DNA from: an uncultured Ruminococcus sp.
GTDB lineage: Bacteria; Bacillota; Clostridia; Oscillospirales; Ruminococcaceae
Direction of reading: 5' to 3'
DNA length: 52,894 nt
Assembly (NCBI GenBank): GCA_964619105.1
Contig: CAZUDC010000001.1
Coordinates: 1-52,894 of the forward strand
Part shown: in pieces, positions 1 through 8,510 of the stretch
How positions within the stretch are numbered: the stretch's first letter is position 1
Layout of the letters: every line of letters begins with the position of its first letter
The notes under the pieces: generated by a model
Databases searched by the model: none
Told to the model about the DNA's origin: nothing
What the model saw: only the letters and a program-made list of their open reading frames with translations
Made by a program: the position numbers and the translations under genes

Positions 1-510
1 TACAGGCAGGAAGCCGTTGAGCATGAGAAAATTTCCGAAATCGTAAATGCAGGAAATATGGCTGCAAAAGCAGGCAAAGTTTTTTTCAATGTTGTTACTG
101 ACAGTGATACATTGAACGAATGGTCTGCGGCAGGACGTATGGTAATGCAGAATTCAGGAAACGAATTTCTGATGAAGGTGTCCGCAAATCCAAATTACAG
201 TCCGATTTACAATGCACCTGTTGCAGTAATAGTTTCTGCCGAAAAGTCCTCTGACCCATATGCCCGGTCAATGGCGGCTGCAAACACAGCTTGTGCCGCA
301 GAAAATATGCTTCTCGCTGCTACGGAGCTTGGACTTGGTTCTTGCTATCTTGTTTCCGCAACGCTTGCATTGAACATTCCCGAATTAGCTGCTAAAGTGA
401 AATTAGGCTCGGAACTGCACCCATATGCGGTTGTAGTGTTTGGATATACAGACGATACAACACCCCACGCAGCTCGCTCTGAAACTTCTGACAACATTGT
501 TTACGCTTAA
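1..510 (+). CDS. Nitroreductase-family protein, 5' end cut by the window edge
   Basis: Frame 1 is open from base 1 into the listed ORF 58..510. The C-terminal sequence (AAENMLLAATELGLGSCYL ... VVVFGYTD) resembles FMN nitroreductase-fold proteins. A terminator hairpin follows directly. Confidence 0.6.
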   Translation, partial: YRQEAVEHEKISEIVNAGNMAAKAGKVFFNVVTDSDTLNEWSAAGRMVMQNSGNEFLMKVSANPNYSPIYNAPVAVIVSAEKSSDPYARSMAAANTACAAENMLLAATELGLGSCYLVSATLALNIPELAAKVKLGSELHPYAVVVFGYTDDTTPHAARSETSDNIVYA

Positions 511-532
511 AATATCTGAAAGCTTTGAAAAA

Positions 533-566
533 ACGGTTGTGGAGCAAATCACAGCCGTCTTTTTTA
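533..566 (+). terminator. Rho-independent terminator after the nitroreductase gene
   Basis: ACGGTTGTG (533-541) pairs with CACAGCCGT (550-558) with one G-U pair and an 8-nt loop, followed by CTTTTTTAT. Confidence 0.7.
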
Positions 567-738
567 TGCCCCAAAACAGTTTACAAAATATTCAGGTACA
601 AAAATTCTGTGAACTTCCGATGAATATACCCGTAATATTCTTCATTTTAGGTGATGTTTGAGAACGTTTCGCAGCGTTTGGCGCACTTTGGCGACGTTTC
701 CACTCCGTAAAAAGCTGACGATTTTGGAAAATCGAATG

Positions 739-747
739 TGATATAAT
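739..747 (+). promoter_or_regulatory. Extended -10 element TGATATAAT upstream of the first transfer-block gene
   Basis: TGA+TATAAT lies at 739-747, about 30 nt before the RBS ACGGAGGA (766-773) and the ATG at 780. No good -35 element was found. Confidence 0.4.
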
Positions 748-779
748 GGAATTACAGAAAAATAACGGAGGACACCGAG

Positions 780-1664
780 ATGAAGAATAAAGCACTTGCG
801 GCACTTGCAATTTTGCCGCTCATATTCACCGGCTGTATGCAGAGCAATGAACCGGAGCTTACCCCCGAAGAGCAAGAGCATAATGCTCTTGTGGATTGGT
901 TTGAAAACGGAATAGGCAACGAGGACAAATTCCCCGACCTTCCCGATTACCGCTACTATGCAAGGACTGTCGGATTGGATAAGGACGGTCTTATTCAGCC
1001 CGAAATGTGGGAGATCTTCTACAATGAGGACATAAACATAAACCGTGAGATCGACGGCAGGGCGATTTATCTCATAAGGCTTGACCCCAATAAGCTTATG
1101 GAGGTTTGGACGGAAAGCAGCGGTCTGATCGCCGAGGAGATGTGCGGAAAGATCGGAACAACTTCCGAAGAACTGTACTATAATTTCGGTCACACATCAA
1201 ACTCAATAAACTATGCAAAGGACCATAAAAACGGAAAGGTCAGCTATTCGGATATCGAGAATGAAATATTCGGAGAGGATAACGGCGAGGACAGGAGCAT
1301 TGTTTTCGGAACGCACTTTCTGTATATTGATACATCAAGATACAAGGTCACTTATGAAAGCGAAAATGAGGATCTTTCAGTCAGACAGCGGGATATTCTG
1401 AAAGCAACTTCCGAGGTATCGCATAATTATTCCGACTATACTTATGATGAACTGCACCCGGGATATTTTCTTGATAATGTGGGAATACAGCGTGTGCTGA
1501 AGCTGAATATCCCGAACCTTTGGAGCAAATCGGTTGAAAAGGATATTGATACGGACGCATCACTGATGTTCAATATGTCACCGTATTCATACGGCTGCAC
1601 AAAATCGGATATTATTGACCTTTATCCCGAAACAGAGATTACCGAAAGCGAGGTGTCCGAGTAA
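780..1664 (+). CDS. Putative lipoprotein
   Basis: The N-terminus MKNKALAALAILPLIFTGC has a signal peptide plus lipobox cysteine. An RBS GGAGGA sits 7 nt upstream. Confidence 0.65.
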   Translation: MKNKALAALAILPLIFTGCMQSNEPELTPEEQEHNALVDWFENGIGNEDKFPDLPDYRYYARTVGLDKDGLIQPEMWEIFYNEDININREIDGRAIYLIRLDPNKLMEVWTESSGLIAEEMCGKIGTTSEELYYNFGHTSNSINYAKDHKNGKVSYSDIENEIFGEDNGEDRSIVFGTHFLYIDTSRYKVTYESENEDLSVRQRDILKATSEVSHNYSDYTYDELHPGYFLDNVGIQRVLKLNIPNLWSKSVEKDIDTDASLMFNMSPYSYGCTKSDIIDLYPETEITESEVSE

Positions 1665-1831
1665 TGATCGGTGATGATGCCTGCTCGGTATGCGCTTCAC
1701 TTATTCAGAAGCTGCTTGAATTTATAACGAATATGGAGCGCAACCGACAGTATAAAAAGGACGCAAGACCGCCGAAGCAACCTAAAATTAAGATTGGAAA
1801 GTTGTCAAAAAAATGCTTCAATAAGCTCTAA
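1664..1831 (+). CDS. Small 55-aa ORF (MIGDDACSVCASLIQKLLEF...), not in the ORF track because it is under 60 aa
   Basis: Its ATG overlaps the lipoprotein stop as TAATG, which suggests translational coupling. It fills the otherwise empty 1665-1840 gap. No homology was recognised. Confidence 0.3.
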   Translation: MIGDDACSVCASLIQKLLEFITNMERNRQYKKDARPPKQPKIKIGKLSKKCFNKL

Positions 1832-1840
1832 CAGGCAGGA

Positions 1841-2545
1841 ATGAGCTTTGAATATATGCCTGTCCCCAAAGAACTTATGCCGCAGTTTGAAGCTGCAATG
1901 AAGAAAATGGGCGGAACATTTTTCACAGGCGGCATTGAGGATAACAACAATATTTTTGTGGCAATCCCAGCAAGTCAGAGAAATCTTTCTGCACTTGCCG
2001 CACAGCATATGCTTTCAAAGGAAATTGAAAAATCTCCCGACGCATTTATTCTGAAAGACGGCAATAACAAGATAAGCGAGGAAGAAATGCGGATAACTTC
2101 CGATGTGATGAACGCTTATGACATTCCGATGTTCGCATTTAAGACCGATGACGGAAAGTATATGACTGTTGTTCCCAAGGAGTTTGAGGGGCAGTACAGC
2201 AAGGCAATGGAAGAGGTTAAGCAGCAGCTTAAAGCAATCAATAACATTGATGTTGTGCGCTTTGAGCAGACTTCGCCGCTTGATAACCCTGAATATTCGG
2301 CATTTATCGTGACCGACGAAGAGGCACGGGAGCTTGCAAAATTTGATGAGCTTGACATTAAGTTTGCCAAGACCGAGCAGGGGACAGTAGCTTTCTGCAA
2401 CTCGGATATTTCGGACAAAATCGGTGCGGCACGAGATGAATACAAAGCTTCTCTTTCCGAAAGCGAGAAATATCTTATTGACGTTACGGACAATACAATT
2501 TCAATGGATATGAAAAATCTGCTTGTACCCGAGCTGTCCGACTAA
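1841..2545 (+). CDS. Hypothetical conjugative-element protein (234 aa) with three weak internal repeats
   Basis: This is a long ORF in the transfer block. It shows three helix-strand-helix-like repeats (e.g. ELDIKFAKTEQGTVAF) that loosely resemble the IKFS module of the giant protein. Confidence 0.55.
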   Translation: MSFEYMPVPKELMPQFEAAMKKMGGTFFTGGIEDNNNIFVAIPASQRNLSALAAQHMLSKEIEKSPDAFILKDGNNKISEEEMRITSDVMNAYDIPMFAFKTDDGKYMTVVPKEFEGQYSKAMEEVKQQLKAINNIDVVRFEQTSPLDNPEYSAFIVTDEEARELAKFDELDIKFAKTEQGTVAFCNSDISDKIGAARDEYKASLSESEKYLIDVTDNTISMDMKNLLVPELSD

Positions 2546-2563
2546 AATACATATTTCCTGAGA

Positions 2564-3856
2564 GTGCCGAACACATCGGGCAGGGACTATATCCGACTTG
2601 ACAGATCGGACTGCGAGATCATCAACGGCGGCAAATCCGTTAAGACCGAGCTTGATATGAAAAGGTCATATTCCATATATGACAGCACAGGAAATATAAA
2701 GCAGGAACGCAGCGGAGAAGAACTGGCAAAGTCATATAACACCCGTCACCCTCACGCAGCGAAAGGCACAAAGGTGTATGAACACGGTCAGGGTATGGAA
2801 CGTGTAAATCTTTTCAATAAGGAAAAGAATGAGATCATCAGCGTGAAGCTTGATAATGCCGAGGTTATGAGAACTGCGCTCAAAGAGCACGGAATTACGG
2901 GAAAAACGGCGGATATTCTTATGGAGGACATAAATAAAAAGCTGTCCGAACCGCAGAAAGAAATTTTCGGATTTTCAAGGGAAAAGACCGAGGTCGTTTA
3001 TGCGGATATTCCCAACATCGGAGAATATCTTGCACAGTCGCAGCTGTCGCAGTCCATTGTGGGAAAGGTTTGTATGACGGGCGAGATACCCAAGGACTGC
3101 GGCTCAAAATGCTGCATTATGGATAGAAACACAAACAGCTTTGCGGTACTGCCCGTAATGCCTGTCAAGGAAGTGCAGGCGGCACTTTCGCAGCTGGGAT
3201 ATTCGGAAATGTCCGCAAAAGAGATAGCGGATAAAATAGTCAGAAGTTATCGTGACGGAGATATTTCCGAGCCTGAGCAGACAAAAGAAATATCAGGCAA
3301 GCGTGTAACGCCATTTGAAACATCAAATGCGGAGCTTCGGGACTGCGGTTACTGCAAGACCAATGACGGGATAATGCTTATCCGTGAGAGCGAGGACGCA
3401 TACAAGTATATGTCGGTTGACAGGAACAGCTCACTTGCAGACGTTGAAAAAGCTTTGCACGATAAATTCGGACTTGTGGACGATATATCCGCAGCGGTAG
3501 TTATGAAAACTCTTATAGCCAATGAAATTGTGAAAACAGCCGAGCCGAAAACTATCGGTGACGATGTGACGGTATCTCAGCTTACAAGCAGATATGCGGA
3601 GATAAGCTATAACGGAAAATCCGAAATGATGCCGCTTGACAAGCCTGATACCGATAAGCTTCTTGCAATGGGTATTTCCGAAAAGGTCATAGGGGATATT
3701 CGTAAGTCATTTGACAAGGCGGAGCAGGAAGCTCTCCACCCCGAAAAGCAGACACTTTCGGGACTCATTTCAGGTGCAAAAAATATGCTTGAAAAGATCA
3801 AAGCAGGCGGAGAAAAAGCTGCGGAAACGATCAAAAATATTGGACAGGAGCGTTGA
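2564..3856 (+). CDS. Hypothetical conjugative-element protein (430 aa, GTG start)
   Basis: The ORF sits immediately upstream of the coupling-protein gene. It has four loosely repeated segments of the type ALKEHGITGKTADIL / ALSQLGYSEMSAKEIADKI. No catalytic motif was recognised. Confidence 0.5.
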   Translation: MPNTSGRDYIRLDRSDCEIINGGKSVKTELDMKRSYSIYDSTGNIKQERSGEELAKSYNTRHPHAAKGTKVYEHGQGMERVNLFNKEKNEIISVKLDNAEVMRTALKEHGITGKTADILMEDINKKLSEPQKEIFGFSREKTEVVYADIPNIGEYLAQSQLSQSIVGKVCMTGEIPKDCGSKCCIMDRNTNSFAVLPVMPVKEVQAALSQLGYSEMSAKEIADKIVRSYRDGDISEPEQTKEISGKRVTPFETSNAELRDCGYCKTNDGIMLIRESEDAYKYMSVDRNSSLADVEKALHDKFGLVDDISAAVVMKTLIANEIVKTAEPKTIGDDVTVSQLTSRYAEISYNGKSEMMPLDKPDTDKLLAMGISEKVIGDIRKSFDKAEQEALHPEKQTLSGLISGAKNMLEKIKAGGEKAAETIKNIGQER

Positions 3857-3859
3857 TGT

Positions 3860-5992
3860 ATGGCTGATATTGGTGCTCCCGAAAAGAAAATCTCACCGTA
3901 TTTTTATGCCGTGGTTATCGGCTGTATAGCTGCTATGCCCATAGTGATGTTTATGGGATATATGCTTGATCTGTCATCGGGGGATAACGGGCAGATACGG
4001 ATTTTTGAGCTGCTTGCACATTCGGAGGATTATCTGAATGAAGCATCGGTAAATGGATTTTTCCATTCTTTAAGTGGCGGCATAACAGCAAAATCTGCGA
4101 TTCTCGGATTTTTTGCAAGCCTTATCCTCATAATGTATGTTCTTATGGGAAACGGCAAGCGTTTTCACAGAAAAGGCAGCGAACACGGTTCGGCACGTTG
4201 GGGCAGCAAAGCCGAAAAAGAGATAATTGCAGATACCAATGATTTTTACAACAACGTTATCTGTGCATCGGATATTATGCTTGTTCTTGACAGAAAAAAA
4301 CGTGAAAAAAATGAAGCGGCGGCTATGAAAAAGTCGGATAAAAAGAAAAAGTCCAAGCCCGAAAAGGAGAAAAAATCGGCTGCTCCTCACGATACAAATA
4401 TAAAAGTATCGGTAAAGGATATTGTTTCGCAGAGCAAGGAAACAGGTAAAATAAAGCCTATGCTCAATCTCAATCAGGTCATTCTCGGCGGTTCGGGTAC
4501 GGGTAAATCAAGATTCTTCGTGAAGCCCAATCTGCTGATGTGCAACACATCGTACATTGTTACCGACCCTTCGGGTGAGCTTGTTCAGGCTTGCGGAAAA
4601 ATGCTTATGAATCACGGGTATAAGATAAAAGTCTTTAATCTGAATGATATGAAGCACAGCAGTAATTACAACCCGTTTCATTATCTCCGTGACTACAACG
4701 GTGAGATCAACGCAAACAACGTCATAAAGATGATAAATGTTTTTATGATGAACACCAAGGCAGAGGGTGCAGGCGGCGGAGATCCCTTCTGGGACGATGC
4801 AACAAGGCTGCTTCTTTCATCGTTATGTTTTTTGCTCATAGAAACGGGAACAGAGGAAGAACAGAATTTTGCAGGCGTTCTTGACCTTATCCATAAGGCG
4901 AAAGTTATTGAGGGCAAGGAAGAAGAAAAATCCGAACTTGACCTCATATTTGACCAGCGAAAAGAAGCAGATCCGAAAACATTATCGGTGCAATATTACG
5001 ACGAGTTTAAACAGGCAGCGGGCAAAACTATGCAGTCAATTCTCATAAGTACAACTACAAAACTGCAATATTTCAAGCTGCCCGATGTGCGAAATCTGAC
5101 CTGCACGGACAATATCCACCTTGAAGAAGTGGGCGATGAGTACACGGCGCTTTTCATTGTTATTCCGTCATCTGATACCACATACAATTTCCTTGCGGCG
5201 ATGATGTACACGCAGCTTTTCGATACCTTGTATGACAGAGCAATAAATCTGTATAAGGGCAGGCTGCCCGTTCACGTCCGTTTTATGCTCGATGAGTTCG
5301 CAAATCTCGGTAAAATTCCCGAGTTTGAAAAGATACTTGCGACCTGCCGAAAGTTTGAAATATCGGCGCAGGTCATTTTGCAAAATATCTCGCAGTTGAA
5401 GAGGCTTTATGAGAAATCGTGGGAGGAGCTGCCGGGTAACTGCGACACTATGATATATCTGGGTGGAAAAGACCAGTTCACAAATGAGTATCTCAGCAAG
5501 GAGCTTGGCAAGGAAACTATCGACCAGCAGAGCATAAATCAGACCAAAGGCAAGCAGGGCAGTTCATCATACAATAACGCAATCCTCGGACGGGAGCTTG
5601 CAACTATTGATGAGCTTTCCACAATGGATAACAATGACTGCATCGTTATGGTGCGTGGTCTGCACCCGTTTTTGACGGCAAAATTTGATATTGCCAATCA
5701 CCCCAGATATGCGGAGCTTGGCGAGCATTGGAAACCGTCCGAGGGGCAGAACGACAGGGACAATCCGTACATATATATTCTCGAGGATAATATGTTTACG
5801 ATGCCCGAAACGGAATATATTGAGCTGGGTGATTTTATAGACACGGGAATTGCCGATGATTCAAACATTGTTGAAGTTCGGTGTGTATTTTCGGAAGAAC
5901 CAGCGGTCACGGAAGAAGAGCTTATGGCGGATATCCCTTACGAAATACGGGAAAAATTCAGAAACTGCACAGAAATATATACTGTTGCATAG
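3860..5992 (+). CDS. Type IV coupling protein (VirD4/TraG family ATPase)
   Basis: It has N-terminal TM helices, a Walker A motif ILGGSGTGKS (about 4486-4509) and a Walker B-like motif FMLDEFANLG. The downstream QNISQLKRLY region is typical of TraG/VirD4. Confidence 0.9.
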   Translation: MADIGAPEKKISPYFYAVVIGCIAAMPIVMFMGYMLDLSSGDNGQIRIFELLAHSEDYLNEASVNGFFHSLSGGITAKSAILGFFASLILIMYVLMGNGKRFHRKGSEHGSARWGSKAEKEIIADTNDFYNNVICASDIMLVLDRKKREKNEAAAMKKSDKKKKSKPEKEKKSAAPHDTNIKVSVKDIVSQSKETGKIKPMLNLNQVILGGSGTGKSRFFVKPNLLMCNTSYIVTDPSGELVQACGKMLMNHGYKIKVFNLNDMKHSSNYNPFHYLRDYNGEINANNVIKMINVFMMNTKAEGAGGGDPFWDDATRLLLSSLCFLLIETGTEEEQNFAGVLDLIHKAKVIEGKEEEKSELDLIFDQRKEADPKTLSVQYYDEFKQAAGKTMQSILISTTTKLQYFKLPDVRNLTCTDNIHLEEVGDEYTALFIVIPSSDTTYNFLAAMMYTQLFDTLYDRAINLYKGRLPVHVRFMLDEFANLGKIPEFEKILATCRKFEISAQVILQNISQLKRLYEKSWEELPGNCDTMIYLGGKDQFTNEYLSKELGKETIDQQSINQTKGKQGSSSYNNAILGRELATIDELSTMDNNDCIVMVRGLHPFLTAKFDIANHPRYAELGEHWKPSEGQNDRDNPYIYILEDNMFTMPETEYIELGDFIDTGIADDSNIVEVRCVFSEEPAVTEEELMADIPYEIREKFRNCTEIYTVA

Positions 5993-6004
5993 CAAGAAGG
6001 AGAG

Positions 6005-6232
6005 ATGAGAAATGATATGAGCAATAACTGCAAAGGCTGTTTTGCGGATAATGATAAATGTGGTGAGGGCTGTATTGCCCTTAAAGAACGGATAGAAACG
6101 AACTGCCCGTTTTATCGGGAAAGGGAAAAATATCTTGAAGATCAGGACTATTACAGAGATCTTCTCCGTGAAAACAAGCCGTCTGTATATGCACATTACT
6201 ATGGAAAGGAGAAAACAAGTGCTTACCGATGA
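6005..6232 (+). CDS. Small Cys-rich protein (75 aa)
   Basis: The ORF directly follows the T4CP gene. It has CxxC ... CxxxC ... C spacing. Function is unknown. Confidence 0.4.
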   Translation: MRNDMSNNCKGCFADNDKCGEGCIALKERIETNCPFYREREKYLEDQDYYRDLLRENKPSVYAHYYGKEKTSAYR

Positions 6233-6347
6233 ACAGATGAAACGCATATCGGAGCTTCTGAAAAAGGGCAATGATGTTGTTCTTAAAATGGTCAAGGACA
6301 AGATCACTATCGTGTATCAGAAGCCGCATATTTTGAAAATCGAATAG
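6219..6347 (+). CDS. Small 42-aa ORF (VLTDEQMKRISELLKKGNDVV...)
   Basis: A GTG start is preceded by AAGGAG and overlaps the end of the previous ORF. I trimmed it from the listed ORF 6135..6347. Confidence 0.25.
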   Translation: MLTDEQMKRISELLKKGNDVVLKMVKDKITIVYQKPHILKIE

Positions 6348-6374
6348 GCATATTCAAGGGAATATGTAACAGTC

Positions 6375-6426
6375 AAGGGACTTTGAGCTGTACGGAAACG
6401 TATGGATTGAAGTCCCTTTTTTATTT
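6375..6426 (+). terminator. Terminator-like hairpin after the T4CP sub-operon
   Basis: AAGGGACTT (6375-6383) pairs with AAGTCCCTT (6410-6418). The loop has an inner TACG/CGTA pairing. TTTTTATTT follows. Confidence 0.5.
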
Positions 6427-6548
6427 GCATTCAAAGGAAATCGGCTGACCTCTCGCAAAGAAAAGTAATGAAAACGTGCTGAATGTCGGCTGAGAGTATG
6501 TTGTTTATATATATATCCAATCAAAAATTTTTATGGAGGTGTTCTTAA

Positions 6549-6959
6549 ATGAACAAGATCAGAACAGCAATCGAAAAAGCACAGGACGCAGTTACGGACG
6601 TTGGTGCAAAGGCAATGGTAACGGCAGCAAATATGGCAGGCAGGGCGATGAACACAAAGCTCGGAAGAGCGGCACTTGTTCTTCCTGCGGCGGTTTCAAT
6701 GTGTACCCTCAACGTTCACGCAGCAGGTGACGGTGCGGACGCACAGGGAATGATCGACGCAATTATGGGTGTACTCGGTCCGGGTGTTATCGCACTCGGC
6801 TCTCTTGTTGCGGTGGTCGGCGGCATACAGACAGGTGTAGGCTTCAAGGACGATAACGCAGACGGCAAGACGAGAGGATTTCAGACCCTTATCGGCGGTG
6901 CAATCATTGCGGCGGTAGGTGCTATTATTCCCGCATCTCTTTCAATCGGCGGAAACTGA
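6549..6959 (+). CDS. Maff2-family / VirB2-like small membrane protein with a long leader
   Basis: An RBS GGAGGTG precedes the start. A signal-like segment ends in VHA/AG. Two hydrophobic helices are separated by GFKDDNADGKTRG, the same layout as Maff2 and VirB2 pilin-like proteins. Confidence 0.5.
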   Translation: MNKIRTAIEKAQDAVTDVGAKAMVTAANMAGRAMNTKLGRAALVLPAAVSMCTLNVHAAGDGADAQGMIDAIMGVLGPGVIALGSLVAVVGGIQTGVGFKDDNADGKTRGFQTLIGGAIIAAVGAIIPASLSIGGN

Positions 6960-7037
6960 TACGAAAATCGAACCACAATCCGAGGCAGAGATCGTTTTTA
7001 CGGACTCTGTTTCGGAATATGAGAGGAGGAAGATGCT

Positions 7038-7868
7038 ATGGCGGAGCCAAGCTTCTGGGAAACGGCATTTACCGAAGCACAGGAGCTGTTACAGACAGAA
7101 TCGGACGGCTTTGCGGCGGTAATACAGACAATTTCGGGGTTTGATGTTCTTTCAAACTGCGGAACGGCGATAAATATTTTTGAAGCGGCAGGAACGGCGC
7201 TGCTCACGCTGTTCTTTTGTATGGAAGCGTTCACATATTGTGCGAATATTGACTTTCACGGCGGAATAGAGGGTGCGCTGAGGATAGCGATGAAGCTGGT
7301 CATAAGCGCACTTATCGTTCAGAATGTGGATAACATTGTGGGTGCGGTTTCGGGACTGCTGAAACAGTCGGTGGATTTTTCATCGGCATTTTCAAACATA
7401 AGCTCGTCCTTTGGAGCGGCAGCAACGGCAGGAACGATAGATCCGGGAACGCTGGACATCAACTATATCTGTATGAGCTTCATACTGCTGATACTCATAA
7501 TTCTGATGTTTGTAATGTATTCCCTTATCGTAATTTCAATGCTGGGAGTTGTGTTTGAAACTGCGATTCTCACGGCAATTTCGCCTGTTGCACTGTCAAC
7601 GCTGGTGAACAGTCAGGCACGTTCCACGGGGATTTCTTTCATAAAGAATTTCGCAGCCGTGTCAATGCAGTGGGGAGTGCTTGCGATATGCTTTGAAGCA
7701 TTCAACGCAATATCCAATAATCTTACCCTTGATTTTTCAAGCGGACTTACAAGCGAAGGCTTGCTTATGCACATGATGCAGTATGCAACGCCTGTTTTAT
7801 GTGTAATTATGCTTGCGATCACGGTTTCAAAGGCAAGCGAAATAACAAAGAGAGCTTTAGGAGGTTAA
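7038..7868 (+). CDS. Polytopic membrane protein, VirB6/TrbL-like
   Basis: It has at least five hydrophobic helices and sits between the pilin-like and VirB3/VirB4-like genes. Confidence 0.55.
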   Translation: MAEPSFWETAFTEAQELLQTESDGFAAVIQTISGFDVLSNCGTAINIFEAAGTALLTLFFCMEAFTYCANIDFHGGIEGALRIAMKLVISALIVQNVDNIVGAVSGLLKQSVDFSSAFSNISSSFGAAATAGTIDPGTLDINYICMSFILLILIILMFVMYSLIVISMLGVVFETAILTAISPVALSTLVNSQARSTGISFIKNFAAVSMQWGVLAICFEAFNAISNNLTLDFSSGLTSEGLLMHMMQYATPVLCVIMLAITVSKASEITKRALGG

Positions 7869-7873
7869 TAATT

Positions 7874-8119
7874 ATGGTTTCAATGAAAGCACTTATGTCC
7901 CTTTCACAGTACGATATGGGCGTACTGGACGGTATTGCAAAGGTGAAGGATATGCTTCAGGAGAACAACTCCTGCAACGGCAAGATCGCAAGGCTTATCG
8001 AGCATTATCACAGCAATACACAGGCTGAGATGGTAGGTATCAAGACCGAAACTGCACCTACAGTTTCTGATGATACAGATGAGTCTGAACAGTTGGAATT
8101 TGGTGATACCGATGATTAA
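7874..8119 (+). CDS. Small acidic protein (81 aa)
   Basis: The ATG at 7874 is preceded by GGAGG. I trimmed it from the listed ORF 7799..8119. The C-terminus is acidic (SDDTDESEQLEFGDTDD). Confidence 0.5.
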   Translation: MVSMKALMSLSQYDMGVLDGIAKVKDMLQENNSCNGKIARLIEHYHSNTQAEMVGIKTETAPTVSDDTDESEQLEFGDTDD

Positions 8120-8510
8120 AGCCGATGTACCACAGGACGTAACCGAGTACAAGGAGCAGTTTTTCTTCGGAATGAACAGCCGACAGCTTATCTGCTCCGT
8201 ACTTATGATAGCTCTTGCGGTCCTCACATTTCTTGTGGGCAGCAAATTCATTTCCACGGACATTCTTGTGTATATAACTATTTTTGAGATCGCACCGCTT
8301 GCTGCGGTGGGATTTCTGAAATACAACGGAATGGGATTTGAGAAAATTGCAGCCACGGTCATGGATTTTTATGTTTCCAATCAGCGCAGAAGAATGGAGT
8401 ATCTTCCCGAAGAAATGCAGATACACGATGCTGTCAGGGAAATATATATCCGTCGGCTTGAAGAGGATCGCAGAGCTGAAAAGAAAAATATGAAACGAAA
8501 GAAGAGGTGA
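8112..8510 (+). CDS. PrgI-family (VirB3-like) membrane protein
   Basis: The start overlaps the previous stop (ATGATTAA). The sequence FFFGMNSRQLICSVLMIALAVL plus a second TM helix is the PrgI signature as I recall it. The gene lies directly upstream of VirB4. Confidence 0.65.
   Translation: MIKADVPQDVTEYKEQFFFGMNSRQLICSVLMIALAVLTFLVGSKFISTDILVYITIFEIAPLAAVGFLKYNGMGFEKIAATVMDFYVSNQRRRMEYLPEEMQIHDAVREIYIRRLEEDRRAEKKNMKRKKR

Noticed and set aside
531-539. The 9-mer AAAACGGTT at the left flank matches the reverse complement of AACCGTTTT at 52869-52877. I considered these as possible terminal inverted repeats or att cores.
   Set aside because: My rough estimate of a chance 9-mer match between two regions of about 100-270 nt is around 0.2. 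The left copy is part of the nitroreductase terminator stem. There is no extended similarity around either copy.
6506-6516. A short (TA)5 run upstream of the Maff2-like gene.
   Set aside because: It is too short to count as a microsatellite or phase-variation tract. It is probably just AT-rich promoter DNA.
6533-6730. Alternative-frame ORFs 6533-6730 and 6919-7122, and N-terminal extensions of listed ORFs (7799, 20359, 32791, 34288, 36356, 36345, 40728, 51136).
   Set aside because: In each case a downstream in-frame ATG (or the other frame) has a proper SD at 6-10 nt and gives a protein beginning at the conserved family N-terminus. The extended parts overlap upstream genes or promoters.
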